A DNA stretch of 64,000 nt from Pseudozobellia thermophila (GTDB lineage: Bacteria; Bacteroidota; Bacteroidia; Flavobacteriales; Flavobacteriaceae): contig NZ_FQYU01000001.1 of assembly GCF_900141855.1 (NCBI RefSeq), positions 95,402 to 159,401 of the forward strand. The letters run 5' to 3'. The notes beneath the pieces are model-generated. The model was not told the DNA's origin, ran no database searches, and saw nothing but the letters and a program-made list of their open reading frames with translations. Of this stretch, positions 1 to 10,046 are shown piece by piece. Made by a program: the position numbers and the translations under genes. The stretch's first letter is position 1; every line of letters begins with the position of its first letter.

Positions 1-995
1 GTGAAGTGAAAGGCGACGTTGGTGCTCCAGGTATCGGAAAGCTGTTGGTTCCACAAAAGTTGGGCATGGTCTTGCCGGTAATTGTCCTCTTCCTTGTCGT
101 AAAATTGCAGGTTGCCCTCTTCGTCAAAATAGGCTCCGGAAACATTAAAGGTCCGGTTTTCATCTATATTGGGGTTGGCCCCCAAAGCGGCCACATAGGC
201 CGGTTCAAAACCGTACCAAGATTGATAGGTAACTTCATGCCCCCCGAAAATAAGGGCCTTCAACAAGGTGTTGTCATCCTTATAGGCGGCCTGTAGAAAA
301 TAGGATTCGAGTTTGGACGATGCCCTATCTATGTATCCGTCGGAAGTAATCCGCGACAACCTTCCGGAAATCTCAACACGGTCGTTCAACAGTCCCGTAC
401 TGAACTTGATATTGTTGCGCAATGTATTGAAACTGCCTATAGACGACGAAATTTGGCCATAGGCCTCTTCGGAAACGGCATCGGTCAGCAGGTTGAGGCT
501 TGCCCCGAAGGCCCCTGCCCCATTGGTCGACGTACCCACGCCCCTTTGTAACTGCAGACTTTCGGTCGACGAGGCAAAATCGGGCATATTCACCCAAAAG
601 GTACCGTGCGATTCGGCGTCGTTGTACGGAATTCCGTTGATGGTGACATTTACCCGGGTCGCATCGCTACCCCGTACCCGAATTCCGGTGTAACCCACAC
701 CCGCCCCGGCATCGGACGTGGTGACCACGGCCGGTAAATAGTTCATCAAGACAGGAATGTCTTGGCCCAGGTTACGCGGGGCGATCTCTTCCCTGCGCAG
801 GTTGGTAAAGGTCACCGGCGACTCCTTGTTTACCCGTACGGCCTGTACAAGCACCTCATCGAGTACCACTTTGGTACCTTCGAGCGAATCGACAGGTTGT
901 CTTTCCTGCCCCGATAGGGCCAAAGCCGGGCCGGTAAGGGCCGCCATATACAAAAGGTTTTTGATGGGCCTTTTTCCTTTTTTAAAAAGGCGCAT
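1..995 (-). CDS. TonB-dependent receptor, N-terminal part (signal peptide plus plug domain); the gene runs off the window start
   Basis: Hand translation of the minus strand from ATG at 995 gives MRLFKKGKRPIKNLLYMAALTGPALALSGQ...VTFTNLRREEIAPRNLGQDIPVLMNYLPAV...GIRVRGSDATRVNVTINGIPYND, a TonB-receptor plug-like segment. It is absent from the ORF track, presumably because no stop lies inside the window. Confidence 0.7.
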   Translation of the reverse strand, partial: MRLFKKGKRPIKNLLYMAALTGPALALSGQERQPVDSLEGTKVVLDEVLVQAVRVNKESPVTFTNLRREEIAPRNLGQDIPVLMNYLPAVVTTSDAGAGVGYTGIRVRGSDATRVNVTINGIPYNDAESHGTFWVNMPDFASSTESLQLQRGVGTSTNGAGAFGASLNLLTDAVSEEAYGQISSSIGSFNTLRNNIKFSTGLLNDRVEISGRLSRITSDGYIDRASSKLESYFLQAAYKDDNTLLKALIFGGHEVTYQSWYGFEPAYVAALGANPNIDENRTFNVSGAYFDEEGNLQFYDKEEDNYRQDHAQLLWNQQLSDTWSTNVAFHF

Positions 996-1380
996 TGGAC
1001 CGTCGGCAAAACCGACGGCCTTAGAACTGAAAATGGTAAAATACGTTTTCATTCGTACTAGAATTTAGTGACGAATAAAAGGGGCCATTATTCTAAAGTT
1101 AAACATGGTTTTTTGTTTCCGTAGGAAACCTTGGAAATTCCAAACAGCGATGTTATCGCCTCCCTTGGCGGCATTACCCGCCCAGGTTCATTGGGTATAA
1201 TCTCAGCCTGTCGGAACAAGCACCCCTTTGAGACGCGGCAAATATAGGCGAGGCCTTTTTAAAATCATAGCAAAAATTTTAAAATTTCGCTATGCCTTTA
1301 TTACCAAACAATTAACGCTTCGACATAAACCCTAAGGGCTTTATTTACGTATTTTAAGAAACCGCACTAGAAAAAGAACC

Positions 1381-3864
1381 ATGGGGAGCGAATCAGGCCG
1401 ATCTAAAAATAAATTCACCCTTAAAATAATTGCCAGTTATTTGGTGCTTGCCCTTTTAACGGCCGGGGTGGGCTACTTTATCTATACCGAGATCAAGACC
1501 TACGTTTCGACCGAAACCAACGACTCCAACGATGAAAAATTGCTCAAGACCAGTTCTTTGGTCACTAATCTTTATGAAGCGGAGAGCCTTTCGAAGCTCG
1601 CATTGCAAGATGGCGGACAGGTCAAATTCGATGCCTACTCAAAAAAAATAGACTCCATACAGGTCGAGATCGATAGCCTGAAGCAGTTGATGCTAGGCGA
1701 TGAACAGAAAGGACTCTTGGACAGTCTTCAGGTACTCTTAAGGCAAAAAGTGGCCAACAACAACGAACTGCGCAAGCTAAAGTCAAAAAGCGCGGCCAAC
1801 AATTCATTGGACAAGGCCTTAAAGGAATTTGAGAAAATAGAGGAGTCGTTCGGCAAGTTTTCAGCGGAAAACCTTTTTTCCGATTTCGATAAGTTATCGC
1901 CCAAAGTACAGCAATCGCTAAGGGAGTATGCGGCCTTGATCAACAGCAATGCCCCAAAGACGGGAGACCCTGCCGAAAATGCAGAATACGTAGACTCCAT
2001 ACTCAACGTCTCAAAAGAGATGCTTCGCAAGGCCAAACTCGAAGACTCGCGATCACAGCGCTTTTTGGCCCAAAAGGAAGTCGAGATGATCCGAAACGAC
2101 CTTGAGCTGTCACGACAACTCCAGAACATCATCACCGCCTTTGAACAAGAGATCATGGCCAGCAGTTACAACAACAGCCTCAAGAAACGGGAGACTTTGA
2201 GACGCACGACGCGCATTGCCGGCCTAGCCGCCCTGCTCGGTTTCGTCATCGTAGCCATTTTTTCGTTTTTGATTACCCGCGATTACTGGAAGGTACAGAC
2301 CTACCGGGCCCGTTTGGAAAAGGAGAAAAAATTCTCCGAATCGCTTTTAAAAAGCCGGGAACAACTGATCTCGACGGTGAGCCACGACTTGCGTACGCCC
2401 CTTAACACCATAGGGGGCTACTCCGAGCTTTTGGAAAGCACCGATCTTTCCCAAAAGCAATTGGGCTATATCAAACACGTAAAATCGGCCACGGAATACG
2501 TGGGCAACCTGGTGAACGACCTATTGGATTTTTCGAAGCTGGAAGCCGGCAAACTAAATATCGAAGACGTACCCTTTATTCCGGCCCACCTTATTCAGGA
2601 AACCGCCGAAAACCTACAGGCCCTACACAAGAACAAAGGCTTACGGCTCATATTGAACATCGCACCCGAATTGGAGCAAACCGTTTTGGGAGACCCCTTT
2701 AGGATCAGGCAGGTGCTGACCAACCTCATGGGCAATGCCTTCAAGTTTACCGAAGAGGGCCATGTAAAGGTCGATGCCTTCGTCGAAAGGGAAACGGGAA
2801 AAAGCATTTGGGCCAAAATTGCCGTTTCGGATACCGGAATCGGAATCGCCAAAGACAAACAGCACCTCATTTTTAAGGAGTTTGCCCAAGCGGAAAAAAA
2901 CACCGAAAAAAAATTCGGGGGCTACGGCCTGGGACTGACCATTTCAAAAAAGCTGGCCGAGCTTTTAAGGGGAAGCTTGACCTTGGAAAGCCAATTGGGC
3001 CAAGGAAGCACCTTTTGTCTTCAACTCCCCTTGGAAATTACCGAAGCCGTTGACCCAAAGGACGGCGAATTGCCCTATATGGCCCCCAAATTGCGCATGT
3101 TGATCATCGACGACGATACGGCCCTGCTACACATGCTGCGTGAACTGGCCGAAAGTATGGGCATTACGGCACACACCTATTCGAATTTTCTCTCGATCGA
3201 ACAAGATTCGCACTTGGCCTATGACATCGTACTGACCGATATACAAATGCCCCAGGTTACGGGCTTTGAGGTGCTGAAAAAGCTCAGGTCGGGCAACTAT
3301 ACCCATTACAAAAACCAACCGATCATAGCCATGACCGGCCGGCGCGACCTAGGGCCCGAAGCCTATATCGGGGTAGGCTTTACCCAAGTGTTGCAAAAGC
3401 CCTTTTCAAAGGGGGAGCTTGTGGCCACCTTAAAATTGATCGGTATCGAAGCCGGGCAGCCCCCCGTATCGGAGCCGTCGAAGGCCGATGAAAAAAACAG
3501 GGCCCCGCAATTGTACAACTTGGATATCATACACTCCTTTTTGGGTAAAAACGAAGATGCCCTCTTCGATGTACTGCAAACCTTTTTAAGGGATACCCGG
3601 TCGAACATGGCCCTGCTTGAAAAAACGGTAAAGCATAAAGACTACAGACAGGTGAACCAAGTGGCGCACCGAATGTTGCCCATGTTCAGGCAACTCAAGG
3701 TAAGAAAAAGCGTCTCGGCCTTGGAACAAATGGAACTGGCCACCCCTGAAAAAATCGATGGTCAGACCCTTGACGATCTGTTTTATGGATTGAGGGAGGA
3801 AGTCGACTTGCTGACAAAAACCTTGAAAGAGCGCTTGGCTACAAGTCCAAATTGTAGTGGTTGA
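1381..3864 (+). CDS. Hybrid sensor histidine kinase/response regulator with a C-terminal HPt-like domain
   Basis: HisKA H-box SHDLRTPLNTIGGYSELL; HATPase motifs GNAFKFT, DTGIGI, GYGLGLTISKKL; receiver domain LIIDDD...DIVLTDIQMP; C-terminal HRMLPMFRQLK resembles an HPt domain. Confidence 0.9.
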   Translation: MGSESGRSKNKFTLKIIASYLVLALLTAGVGYFIYTEIKTYVSTETNDSNDEKLLKTSSLVTNLYEAESLSKLALQDGGQVKFDAYSKKIDSIQVEIDSLKQLMLGDEQKGLLDSLQVLLRQKVANNNELRKLKSKSAANNSLDKALKEFEKIEESFGKFSAENLFSDFDKLSPKVQQSLREYAALINSNAPKTGDPAENAEYVDSILNVSKEMLRKAKLEDSRSQRFLAQKEVEMIRNDLELSRQLQNIITAFEQEIMASSYNNSLKKRETLRRTTRIAGLAALLGFVIVAIFSFLITRDYWKVQTYRARLEKEKKFSESLLKSREQLISTVSHDLRTPLNTIGGYSELLESTDLSQKQLGYIKHVKSATEYVGNLVNDLLDFSKLEAGKLNIEDVPFIPAHLIQETAENLQALHKNKGLRLILNIAPELEQTVLGDPFRIRQVLTNLMGNAFKFTEEGHVKVDAFVERETGKSIWAKIAVSDTGIGIAKDKQHLIFKEFAQAEKNTEKKFGGYGLGLTISKKLAELLRGSLTLESQLGQGSTFCLQLPLEITEAVDPKDGELPYMAPKLRMLIIDDDTALLHMLRELAESMGITAHTYSNFLSIEQDSHLAYDIVLTDIQMPQVTGFEVLKKLRSGNYTHYKNQPIIAMTGRRDLGPEAYIGVGFTQVLQKPFSKGELVATLKLIGIEAGQPPVSEPSKADEKNRAPQLYNLDIIHSFLGKNEDALFDVLQTFLRDTRSNMALLEKTVKHKDYRQVNQVAHRMLPMFRQLKVRKSVSALEQMELATPEKIDGQTLDDLFYGLREEVDLLTKTLKERLATSPNCSG

Positions 3865-5215
3865 TCTTATTGTACAGGGTCTTTCGGGTCACCTGCAGTA
3901 GTTTGGCCGCCTTCGACTTATTGAAATTGGTCTTTTTCAGGGCCTTGATGATCCGTTCCTTTTCAAATTCCGATTTTGAGAACCCATCCGCGACGGAAAC
4001 TTTTTCCTGGGGCTGAAGTACCTCCTTCGGGAGGGCCGAAACCTCCACTTCGTCGCCAACGGTCAACAATACGGCCCGCTTGATCACATTTTGGAGTTCG
4101 CGAAGGTTTCCGGGCCAGCGGTATAGCTGAAAAGCTTCCCAAACCTCTTTCGAAAATCCTTGAACATTTTTGCCAAGATTGGCATTCGCCTTGGCCAGAA
4201 AATTTTCGGCAAACAGGATCAAATCTTCAAAACGGTCTTCCAACGAGGGTATTTCTATTGAAAACTCGTTCAATCGGTGATAGAGGTCTTCCCTGAAGCT
4301 TCCTTTTTCAACGGCATCGGTCAAATCTTCGTTCGTAGCGGTAATAATACGCACATCGACCTCAATTTCCTTGGTACTTCCCACCCTTTTGATCTTACGT
4401 TCCTGAAGGGCCCTGAGCAGTTGTATTTGGTTTTCATAGCTTAGGTTTCCGACCTCGTCAAGGAACAAAGTACCCTTGTTCGCCGCCTCGAAATTTCCTA
4501 TTTTGTCTTCGACGGCACCGGTAAAGCTTCCCTTGATATGTCCAAAAAATTCGCTCGTGGCCAACTCCTTGGGTATGGCACCGCAGTCGACGGCCACAAA
4601 ATTAAAATCCCGTCTATTGCTGTTATCGTGAATGGCCCTTGCCGTAACCTCTTTGCCCGTCCCGCTTTCCCCGGTTATCAAAACCGACATATCGGTCGGG
4701 GCGACCAATTTGATATAATCATCCAATTTTTTGGATGCCTCGCTGATTCCCTTGACCACTTTGCCCCCCTTATCGGCGGTAAGGGCCGGCTTGGCCTTTG
4801 TCGCAACCCCATCTGCCGAATCTTCCCGTGGCCCGTCTTCCTCGTTTGGGGTAGCCGGAACCTTTAGGGCGTTATCGAGCACCATGACTATCTCATCGGG
4901 TGTAAAAGGCTTTGATATATAATCGAAGGCCCCTTTTTTCATGGCATTGACCGCGGAACCTACCTCGGCATAACCGGTCATAACGATTACCTGTGTCGAG
5001 GGATTGACCGATTTGATGTCGGTCAATAATTGTATCCCATCGTAATCGGGCAAACGCAGATCGGTAAGAATAAGATCGTAAGCCTTACTTTCGATTTTCT
5101 GCTTGGCATCGGGGACGGTAAAACTGGTCTCGACCTCGTAACCACGTTTGGTCAAAAACTTTTGCAACATTTGGCAAAAGGCGGCATCGTCTTCAATTAT
5201 CAACAGGTTTGGCAT
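3839..5215 (-). CDS. Sigma-54-dependent NtrC-type response regulator (REC + AAA+ sigma-54 activator + Fis HTH)
   Basis: Receiver LLIIEDD...LILTDLRLPDYDG; Walker A GESGTGKEV; GSFTGA sigma-54 contact motif; C-terminal HTH KAAKLLQVTRKTLYNKI. The likely start is the internal Met (MPNLLIIEDD) at 5215. The 3' end overlaps the convergent kinase gene by 26 bp. Confidence 0.9.
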   Translation of the reverse strand: MPNLLIIEDDAAFCQMLQKFLTKRGYEVETSFTVPDAKQKIESKAYDLILTDLRLPDYDGIQLLTDIKSVNPSTQVIVMTGYAEVGSAVNAMKKGAFDYISKPFTPDEIVMVLDNALKVPATPNEEDGPREDSADGVATKAKPALTADKGGKVVKGISEASKKLDDYIKLVAPTDMSVLITGESGTGKEVTARAIHDNSNRRDFNFVAVDCGAIPKELATSEFFGHIKGSFTGAVEDKIGNFEAANKGTLFLDEVGNLSYENQIQLLRALQERKIKRVGSTKEIEVDVRIITATNEDLTDAVEKGSFREDLYHRLNEFSIEIPSLEDRFEDLILFAENFLAKANANLGKNVQGFSKEVWEAFQLYRWPGNLRELQNVIKRAVLLTVGDEVEVSALPKEVLQPQEKVSVADGFSKSEFEKERIIKALKKTNFNKSKAAKLLQVTRKTLYNKINHYNLDL

Positions 5216-5392
5216 ATAGCAAATAATAGGTTCTGTTCTATCTACGTAAAAATAGCACAAGAAAGCTCTTTCAAGTGCCAATTTATCATAAAAGATATGT
5301 AAACCAGACTCCTTTAAAACCAAAAAGGAACCGTATCGCTACGGTTCCTTTTCACTATATTCGGGACAATCCCGTCATTAAGCTAACTATGC

Positions 5393-5698
5393 CTATTGCT
5401 CAATGGCGTTGCCTTCCTCGTCAAGAAGAAGGGCACCAGAGGTACCATCTTCCAAGGAAACCTCGATCTTGTACTGGTTCTCCTCGTTCTTGTGGGCCTT
5501 GTCGATAGTAGCACCAGGATAATTGGTGGCGATCATGTTAGTAATGGCCTCGGGAACCTCCTCAAGGGCAATTTCCGAAAAATTTTCTTGGGCCACGGCC
5601 TCGGTAGCGGCTTCTTGGGCTTCGGCAGCTTGCTCTTCTTGTGCAAATGCAGTTAAGGTTCCTAGTGCGAATACGGATGTGATAAATAATTTTTTCAT
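5393..5698 (-). CDS. Small secreted acidic protein, PepSY-like (paralog 1 of 3)
   Basis: Signal peptide MKKLFITSVFALGTLTAFAQ; about 100 aa, Glu/Ala-rich; C-terminal YKIEVSLEDG...EEGNAIE shared with the other two copies. Confidence 0.6.
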   Translation of the reverse strand: MKKLFITSVFALGTLTAFAQEEQAAEAQEAATEAVAQENFSEIALEEVPEAITNMIATNYPGATIDKAHKNEENQYKIEVSLEDGTSGALLLDEEGNAIEQ

Positions 5699-6112
5699 CT
5701 TCTTTTGATTTTAATGTATTTATATAAAATGTGATTCAAATTCAATAAGTACATTGAAAATATGATACCAAAAAATCCACAAATCACAAATAATTGATTT
5801 ACAGTGTTTTATATAAACATGTGTCGATTTGAAGTGGGTATAAATGGGAAATTTAAAGCGAGTGTGAATTTTTTACACATTAAGAAGGCCCAGTACGGTC
5901 GCTATGATCGCACTGAGCCCATGGCAAGCTTTGGGGGCCTACTGTTGATTATTGTCTTAAAAACGGGCAAGGTTTGTCCGAATGTCGGACCGTGGCATTA
6001 ATAACCCATTTGGGCGACTACGTGAGCCTCGGTAGCGAAAATAGAAAAGGGCTGCCATTAGCAACCCTTTTCCGACCAAACCAACTTGATACAAAACAAA
6101 TAACTCAAGTTA

Positions 6113-6415
6113 TTACATTTCAATCCAGTTACCATTTTCGTCTGCATACAAAGTACCGGCCGTACCGTCTTCCAATGATACTTCCAACTTGTATTGCTTA
6201 GCTTCGTTTTTATACGCCTTATCGATAGTGGCAGTAGGGTAGTTTTTGGAAACTGCCGCTGTTACGGCTTCCGGCAACTCTTCGGTAGCCACTTCGGAGA
6301 AATCGTCTTGGGCAACTGCCTCAGTTGCGTTCTCTTCCACTGCTTCTACTTCTTCTTGGGCAAATGCAGTTAGACTTCCAAGAGCGAATACTGCGGTGAT
6401 AAATAATTTTTTCAT
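6113..6415 (-). CDS. Small secreted acidic protein, PepSY-like (paralog 2 of 3)
   Basis: Signal peptide MKKLFITAVFALGSLTAFAQ; C-terminal YKLEVSLEDGTAGTLYADENGNWIEM. Confidence 0.6.
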   Translation of the reverse strand: MKKLFITAVFALGSLTAFAQEEVEAVEENATEAVAQDDFSEVATEELPEAVTAAVSKNYPTATIDKAYKNEAKQYKLEVSLEDGTAGTLYADENGNWIEM

Positions 6416-6795
6416 TGTTCTTCTTTTATAGGATTAACTGTGATGGATAGAGAAATAATAATACCAGAATGCGTTTTAAAATATAAAAAACTGATTATCA
6501 ATTATTTAAAAAACAAAGTGAAACCCCAAAGGTGTGTAATAATGGGTATTTGCCCTTTTTTATTGTGTAATTTATACACGGGATGACCAAATAGCGCCCT
6601 CTTGCGTACTCGCATCATGACCCGGGTAAGGGGAAGGCGACTTCACGTACCCAATATAAGGCATTGATCATATATGGCATTGATCGCGCCTATGGAAATT
6701 TTCCCATGGAAACAAAAAAAAGCCCCTTCTGCCAACTATTTGGCAAGGGGCTTTCCTTTATCGTCTAAACCGATAAGATAATTGGGCGAGGAGAA

Positions 6796-7104
6796 TTATT
6801 TCTCGATCCAGTTACCTTCAGCGTCGGCATACAATTCAGCAGTTTCGCCGTCTTCTTTGGCAACTTCCAACTTGTACTGGGCTTCTTCGTTCATGAAAGC
6901 TTTTGAAATGGTAGCTCCTGGGTGGGCAGCTTCCAAAGCCTCGGTAATGGCAGCTGGTACTTCTTCAGCAGCTATTTCATTGAAACCGTCTTGAGCAGCC
7001 TCAACTTGTTCGGTTGCTACTTCTTCTACAGTTGTTTCTTCTTCTTGTGCGAAAGCAGTCATTGTTCCTAGAGACAATACTGCGGCAAACATTAAATTTT
7101 TCAT
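6796..7104 (-). CDS. Small secreted acidic protein, PepSY-like (paralog 3 of 3)
   Basis: Signal peptide MKNLMFAAVLSLGTMTAFAQ; C-terminal YKLEVAKEDGETAELYADAEGNWIEK. Confidence 0.6.
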   Translation of the reverse strand: MKNLMFAAVLSLGTMTAFAQEEETTVEEVATEQVEAAQDGFNEIAAEEVPAAITEALEAAHPGATISKAFMNEEAQYKLEVAKEDGETAELYADAEGNWIEK

Positions 7105-7333
7105 TTTACTTGTGTGTTAGATTAAACTATTTGTTTTGATTTAACAGGTATAGAGGGAAAATGATGCCAATAACCAATACCTTTTCAAAATTTATGCAAC
7201 ATTTTCAAAATCAAATAGTTAACAAATAAAAACCCGATAAAACTATGGGTAGCACTGTGTAAAAAACAAAAAAAGTGTGTAAGATTTACACACTTTTTTG
7301 CTTTATAACCGTATGTTGTAACCACCCTTCTAC

Positions 7334-8875
7334 TTAGCGCACCTGATGCGCCGGCCTTAAAAGGTCGTTTACCGTTTTAACCGGGTTAAAGGTAGACGAA
7401 GGCACCTCAACAAAAATGGTATTCCAGAAGGCCATGGCCCCGTTCCACAAACCGGGAAGCTCCAAGGCCTTTAATTCCCTGCCCTCTTTGGTCTTACCTG
7501 TGATAAAACCTTGTTTGGGGTCTACAAAATTCATCAGGTCGTACTTTTCCCCTTTATGGTTCTTGACCGCACATACCAGGTCTACGGGATTAAAATGGGT
7601 AGCGTTCTTTAATATCCGGGCCTGGGCCGGGTCGTTCATATCGATTTGGGCCGATTCGATTATCTGTAAGGAAATATTGCCTTTTCTATCATTGATCCAA
7701 AACGGACCTCCCCCGGGTTCACCTTCGTTCTTGACCATTCCACATACCCTGATAGGTCGGTTGATCTTGTCTTTTAAGGCTTCCGCTTTTTGATTGCCCC
7801 CGAGCTCGTCAAATGCCTCGTTAAACCTGACGTTCAGTTCGTTCTCGAGAAAGGCTTTGATCTCCGCCAATTCCTTCTCCGAAAGTGCTCCCCCTTCCAA
7901 ACGCCTGGCATAGCCAAAGGCCTTTTCCTGAACACCCAACAATACCCCGGCCAAGAGCTTTTTGCTGTTGGCCATGTCGTTGGCGAACCTAGGCACGGTG
8001 ACGTTGTCTATGTTCTTGATAAAAATGATATCGGCTTCCTGTTCATTGAGGTTTTCGATCAAGGCCCCGTGGCCTCCCGGTCTAAACAGTACCGAGCCGT
8101 CCGCATTTCGAAAAGGTTCGTTCTCCATATCCACGGCAATGGTATCGGTTGAAGGTTTTTGAAACGAATAGCTCACCTTGAACGCGGTTTGGGTAGCATG
8201 TGAAACACGCTGTTTTACCGACTCGAATTCGGCATTGAACATGGTTCCGTGCTGGGGCGATATGGTAAAGTGCAGTTCGGCCGTATCTCCCGATTTGGCA
8301 TATTCGGCGGCCTCCTTCAGGTGTTCCTCAAAAGGGGTGGCCGTGTGGTCCCCGTACTTGTGAAAGGGCAGTAGGCCCTTGGGATAGAAACCGTAATTCA
8401 GGGCGTCTTCCGACATCATTTCCTTTACGAACAGGTATACTTCCTCGTCTTTTGAGGAAGCCTTGCCCGCAATGCGGGACATGACCAAATCGTAAAAGGC
8501 AAAATGGCGAAGCCCTTCGGAGAACTCTTTCATCGCCTTGTCGGCGGTACGCCCAAAATAGGCTTCCAAGCTTTCCTGGGACGGGTCGTAACTATCCAAG
8601 AAATTGAACAAGGCCTTGAACATTCGAGAAGCCGCCCCGGAGGCAGGAACAAATTTGAGCAGGGTCAGCCCCTTGTTTGCCGCCGCCTCGTATTTTGCAA
8701 TCTTATCTTTCGCTTCTTCGGGGGCAAACTTCATAATTCCCTCTCCAACGGTTACGGCCTTTTCCAATTGTACAAAGGGAATGCCTTCTTTAAAGGTTTC
8801 GATCTGCTCCCGCACCTTTGCTTCGGATATTCCCTTTTCCGAAAGCAATGCCAAGTCTTTTTCTGTCAAATTCAT
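7334..8875 (-). CDS. Conserved Bacteroidota protein (DUF4301-like) in an operon with the NRK-like kinase and PnuC
   Basis: 513-aa ORF with no recognisable catalytic motif; N-terminus MNLTEKDLALLSEKGISEAKVREQIETFKEGIPF matches my recollection of DUF4301. Its start overlaps the stop of the upstream ATPase by 4 bp. Confidence 0.55.
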   Translation of the reverse strand: MNLTEKDLALLSEKGISEAKVREQIETFKEGIPFVQLEKAVTVGEGIMKFAPEEAKDKIAKYEAAANKGLTLLKFVPASGAASRMFKALFNFLDSYDPSQESLEAYFGRTADKAMKEFSEGLRHFAFYDLVMSRIAGKASSKDEEVYLFVKEMMSEDALNYGFYPKGLLPFHKYGDHTATPFEEHLKEAAEYAKSGDTAELHFTISPQHGTMFNAEFESVKQRVSHATQTAFKVSYSFQKPSTDTIAVDMENEPFRNADGSVLFRPGGHGALIENLNEQEADIIFIKNIDNVTVPRFANDMANSKKLLAGVLLGVQEKAFGYARRLEGGALSEKELAEIKAFLENELNVRFNEAFDELGGNQKAEALKDKINRPIRVCGMVKNEGEPGGGPFWINDRKGNISLQIIESAQIDMNDPAQARILKNATHFNPVDLVCAVKNHKGEKYDLMNFVDPKQGFITGKTKEGRELKALELPGLWNGAMAFWNTIFVEVPSSTFNPVKTVNDLLRPAHQVR

Positions 8876-9438
8876 AGCTTCTTCAATAAATGGTCTATAT
8901 GTTTAATGGCCAATGCCAAACGTTCTTTCCTATTGCCTTTCAAGATAACAAAATTCCGATCATAGCGCTTTAAGGTATCTTTAAAATAAGCGAACATTCG
9001 TTCCCTTTCGTCCGGTTTGTCGCGAAGGTCGTCCGGCTCCCAAGGAACATCGATGTAGGTTAAAAAATAGAGGTCGTAGGAGTTTTCCAAGGCGTACTTT
9101 TCCAGAAGTGGGTCGCAATACCCCAAATAATAGGCTTCGGAATAGACCTTGGTCTCCAAAAGATCGGTATCGCAAATAAGGACATCGTTGGCCTTTTCGC
9201 TCAGGATGTTTTCGGTTTTCATTTGCCCCTCGGCTATGGGCAACAGATCATGGGGTTCGCAAACCTTGTGTTCCCTGTCCCATTTTTCTTGGAGGTATTC
9301 CCGTGCATACTCGGGCACCCATTGCGTTTCATAATGTGCTGCCAATTGTTGCGACAAGGTCGTTTTTCCCGTCGACTCCGGACCAAAAAGAACTACCTTA
9401 ATAAGGTCTGAGGGCTTTTGTTTAAGTGTTTCTTCCAT
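8872..9438 (-). CDS. NadR-C-terminal-like nicotinamide riboside kinase / AAA ATPase
   Basis: P-loop GPESTGKTTL; size and layout fit the NadR NRK domain; operonic with pnuC. Confidence 0.75.
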   Translation of the reverse strand: MEETLKQKPSDLIKVVLFGPESTGKTTLSQQLAAHYETQWVPEYAREYLQEKWDREHKVCEPHDLLPIAEGQMKTENILSEKANDVLICDTDLLETKVYSEAYYLGYCDPLLEKYALENSYDLYFLTYIDVPWEPDDLRDKPDERERMFAYFKDTLKRYDRNFVILKGNRKERLALAIKHIDHLLKKL

Positions 9439-10046
9439 GCCAGGTAGCCGAATACGGCTATAATCGTTAAAACGAAGTATAAAATGGCACTAAAGATAAG
9501 GCCTTTATATAAATATAAGGGAACGGTGATGATATCCCCAACGACCCAATACACCCAATTTTCAAGTTTCTTTTTGGCCATCAACCACATGCCCACAAAG
9601 AAAATGGCCGTCGTCAGGATATCGGCGTAGGCCGTCCAGGTGTCAAATTTATCGCTCAGCCAGTACACCATCGAAACAAAGACCAAGGTTCCGGCAAACA
9701 AGAGAAGCGACCCCCTTTTCTCCGCCGGTGTGGTCAAGGTAACGGGGATGTAATGGTCGTCGTCGACCTTGCGCGTCCATTCGTACCACCCAACGATGCT
9801 CATAATAAAATAATAGGCGTTGATAAGCATATCGCCCAGTAATCCGTAGACCCATAAGATGTAGACGGCAATACCGGTACCGATGATACCGGTGGGAAAA
9901 ACAAGAATGTTCTCGCGTTTGGAGTAGATGACGCTCAATAGCGAAAAAAACACACTGACCAACTCCAAGACAACGATGTGGTCGGGGGTACCTTTATATT
10001 GGGCGAACAGCCAATCAAAAATCTGGCCCATAATCGCTTCGGTCAA
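9393..10046 (-). CDS. pnuC: Nicotinamide riboside transporter PnuC
   Basis: About 215 aa and multi-TM, with PnuC-like features (QIFDWLF..., WYEWTR, GWYxW-type motif); adjacent to the NRK-like gene. Confidence 0.85.
   Translation of the reverse strand: MTEAIMGQIFDWLFAQYKGTPDHIVVLELVSVFFSLLSVIYSKRENILVFPTGIIGTGIAVYILWVYGLLGDMLINAYYFIMSIVGWYEWTRKVDDDHYIPVTLTTPAEKRGSLLLFAGTLVFVSMVYWLSDKFDTWTAYADILTTAIFFVGMWLMAKKKLENWVYWVVGDIITVPLYLYKGLIFSAILYFVLTIIAVFGYLAWKKHLNKSPQTLLR

Noticed and set aside
6-296. Plus-strand 96-aa ORF at the window start
   Set aside because: It lies antisense inside the hand-translated TonB-dependent receptor gene and has repetitive Gly/Val/Leu composition, so it is a shadow ORF
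1622-3608. Several minus-strand ORFs of 60 to 140 aa inside the hybrid kinase gene (for example 1728..2156 and 2595..2903)
   Set aside because: Antisense to a well-supported long CDS; Ser/Cys/Arg-rich shadow frames with no motifs
5699-6795. Sigma-54 (-24/-12, TGGCAC-N5-TTGC) promoters upstream of the PepSY-like genes
   Set aside because: I looked for GCAA...GTGCCA on the plus strand and found only partial matches (for example TGGCAT at 5989 with no TTGC). It cannot be supported by eye, so it is left as a check in the finding.
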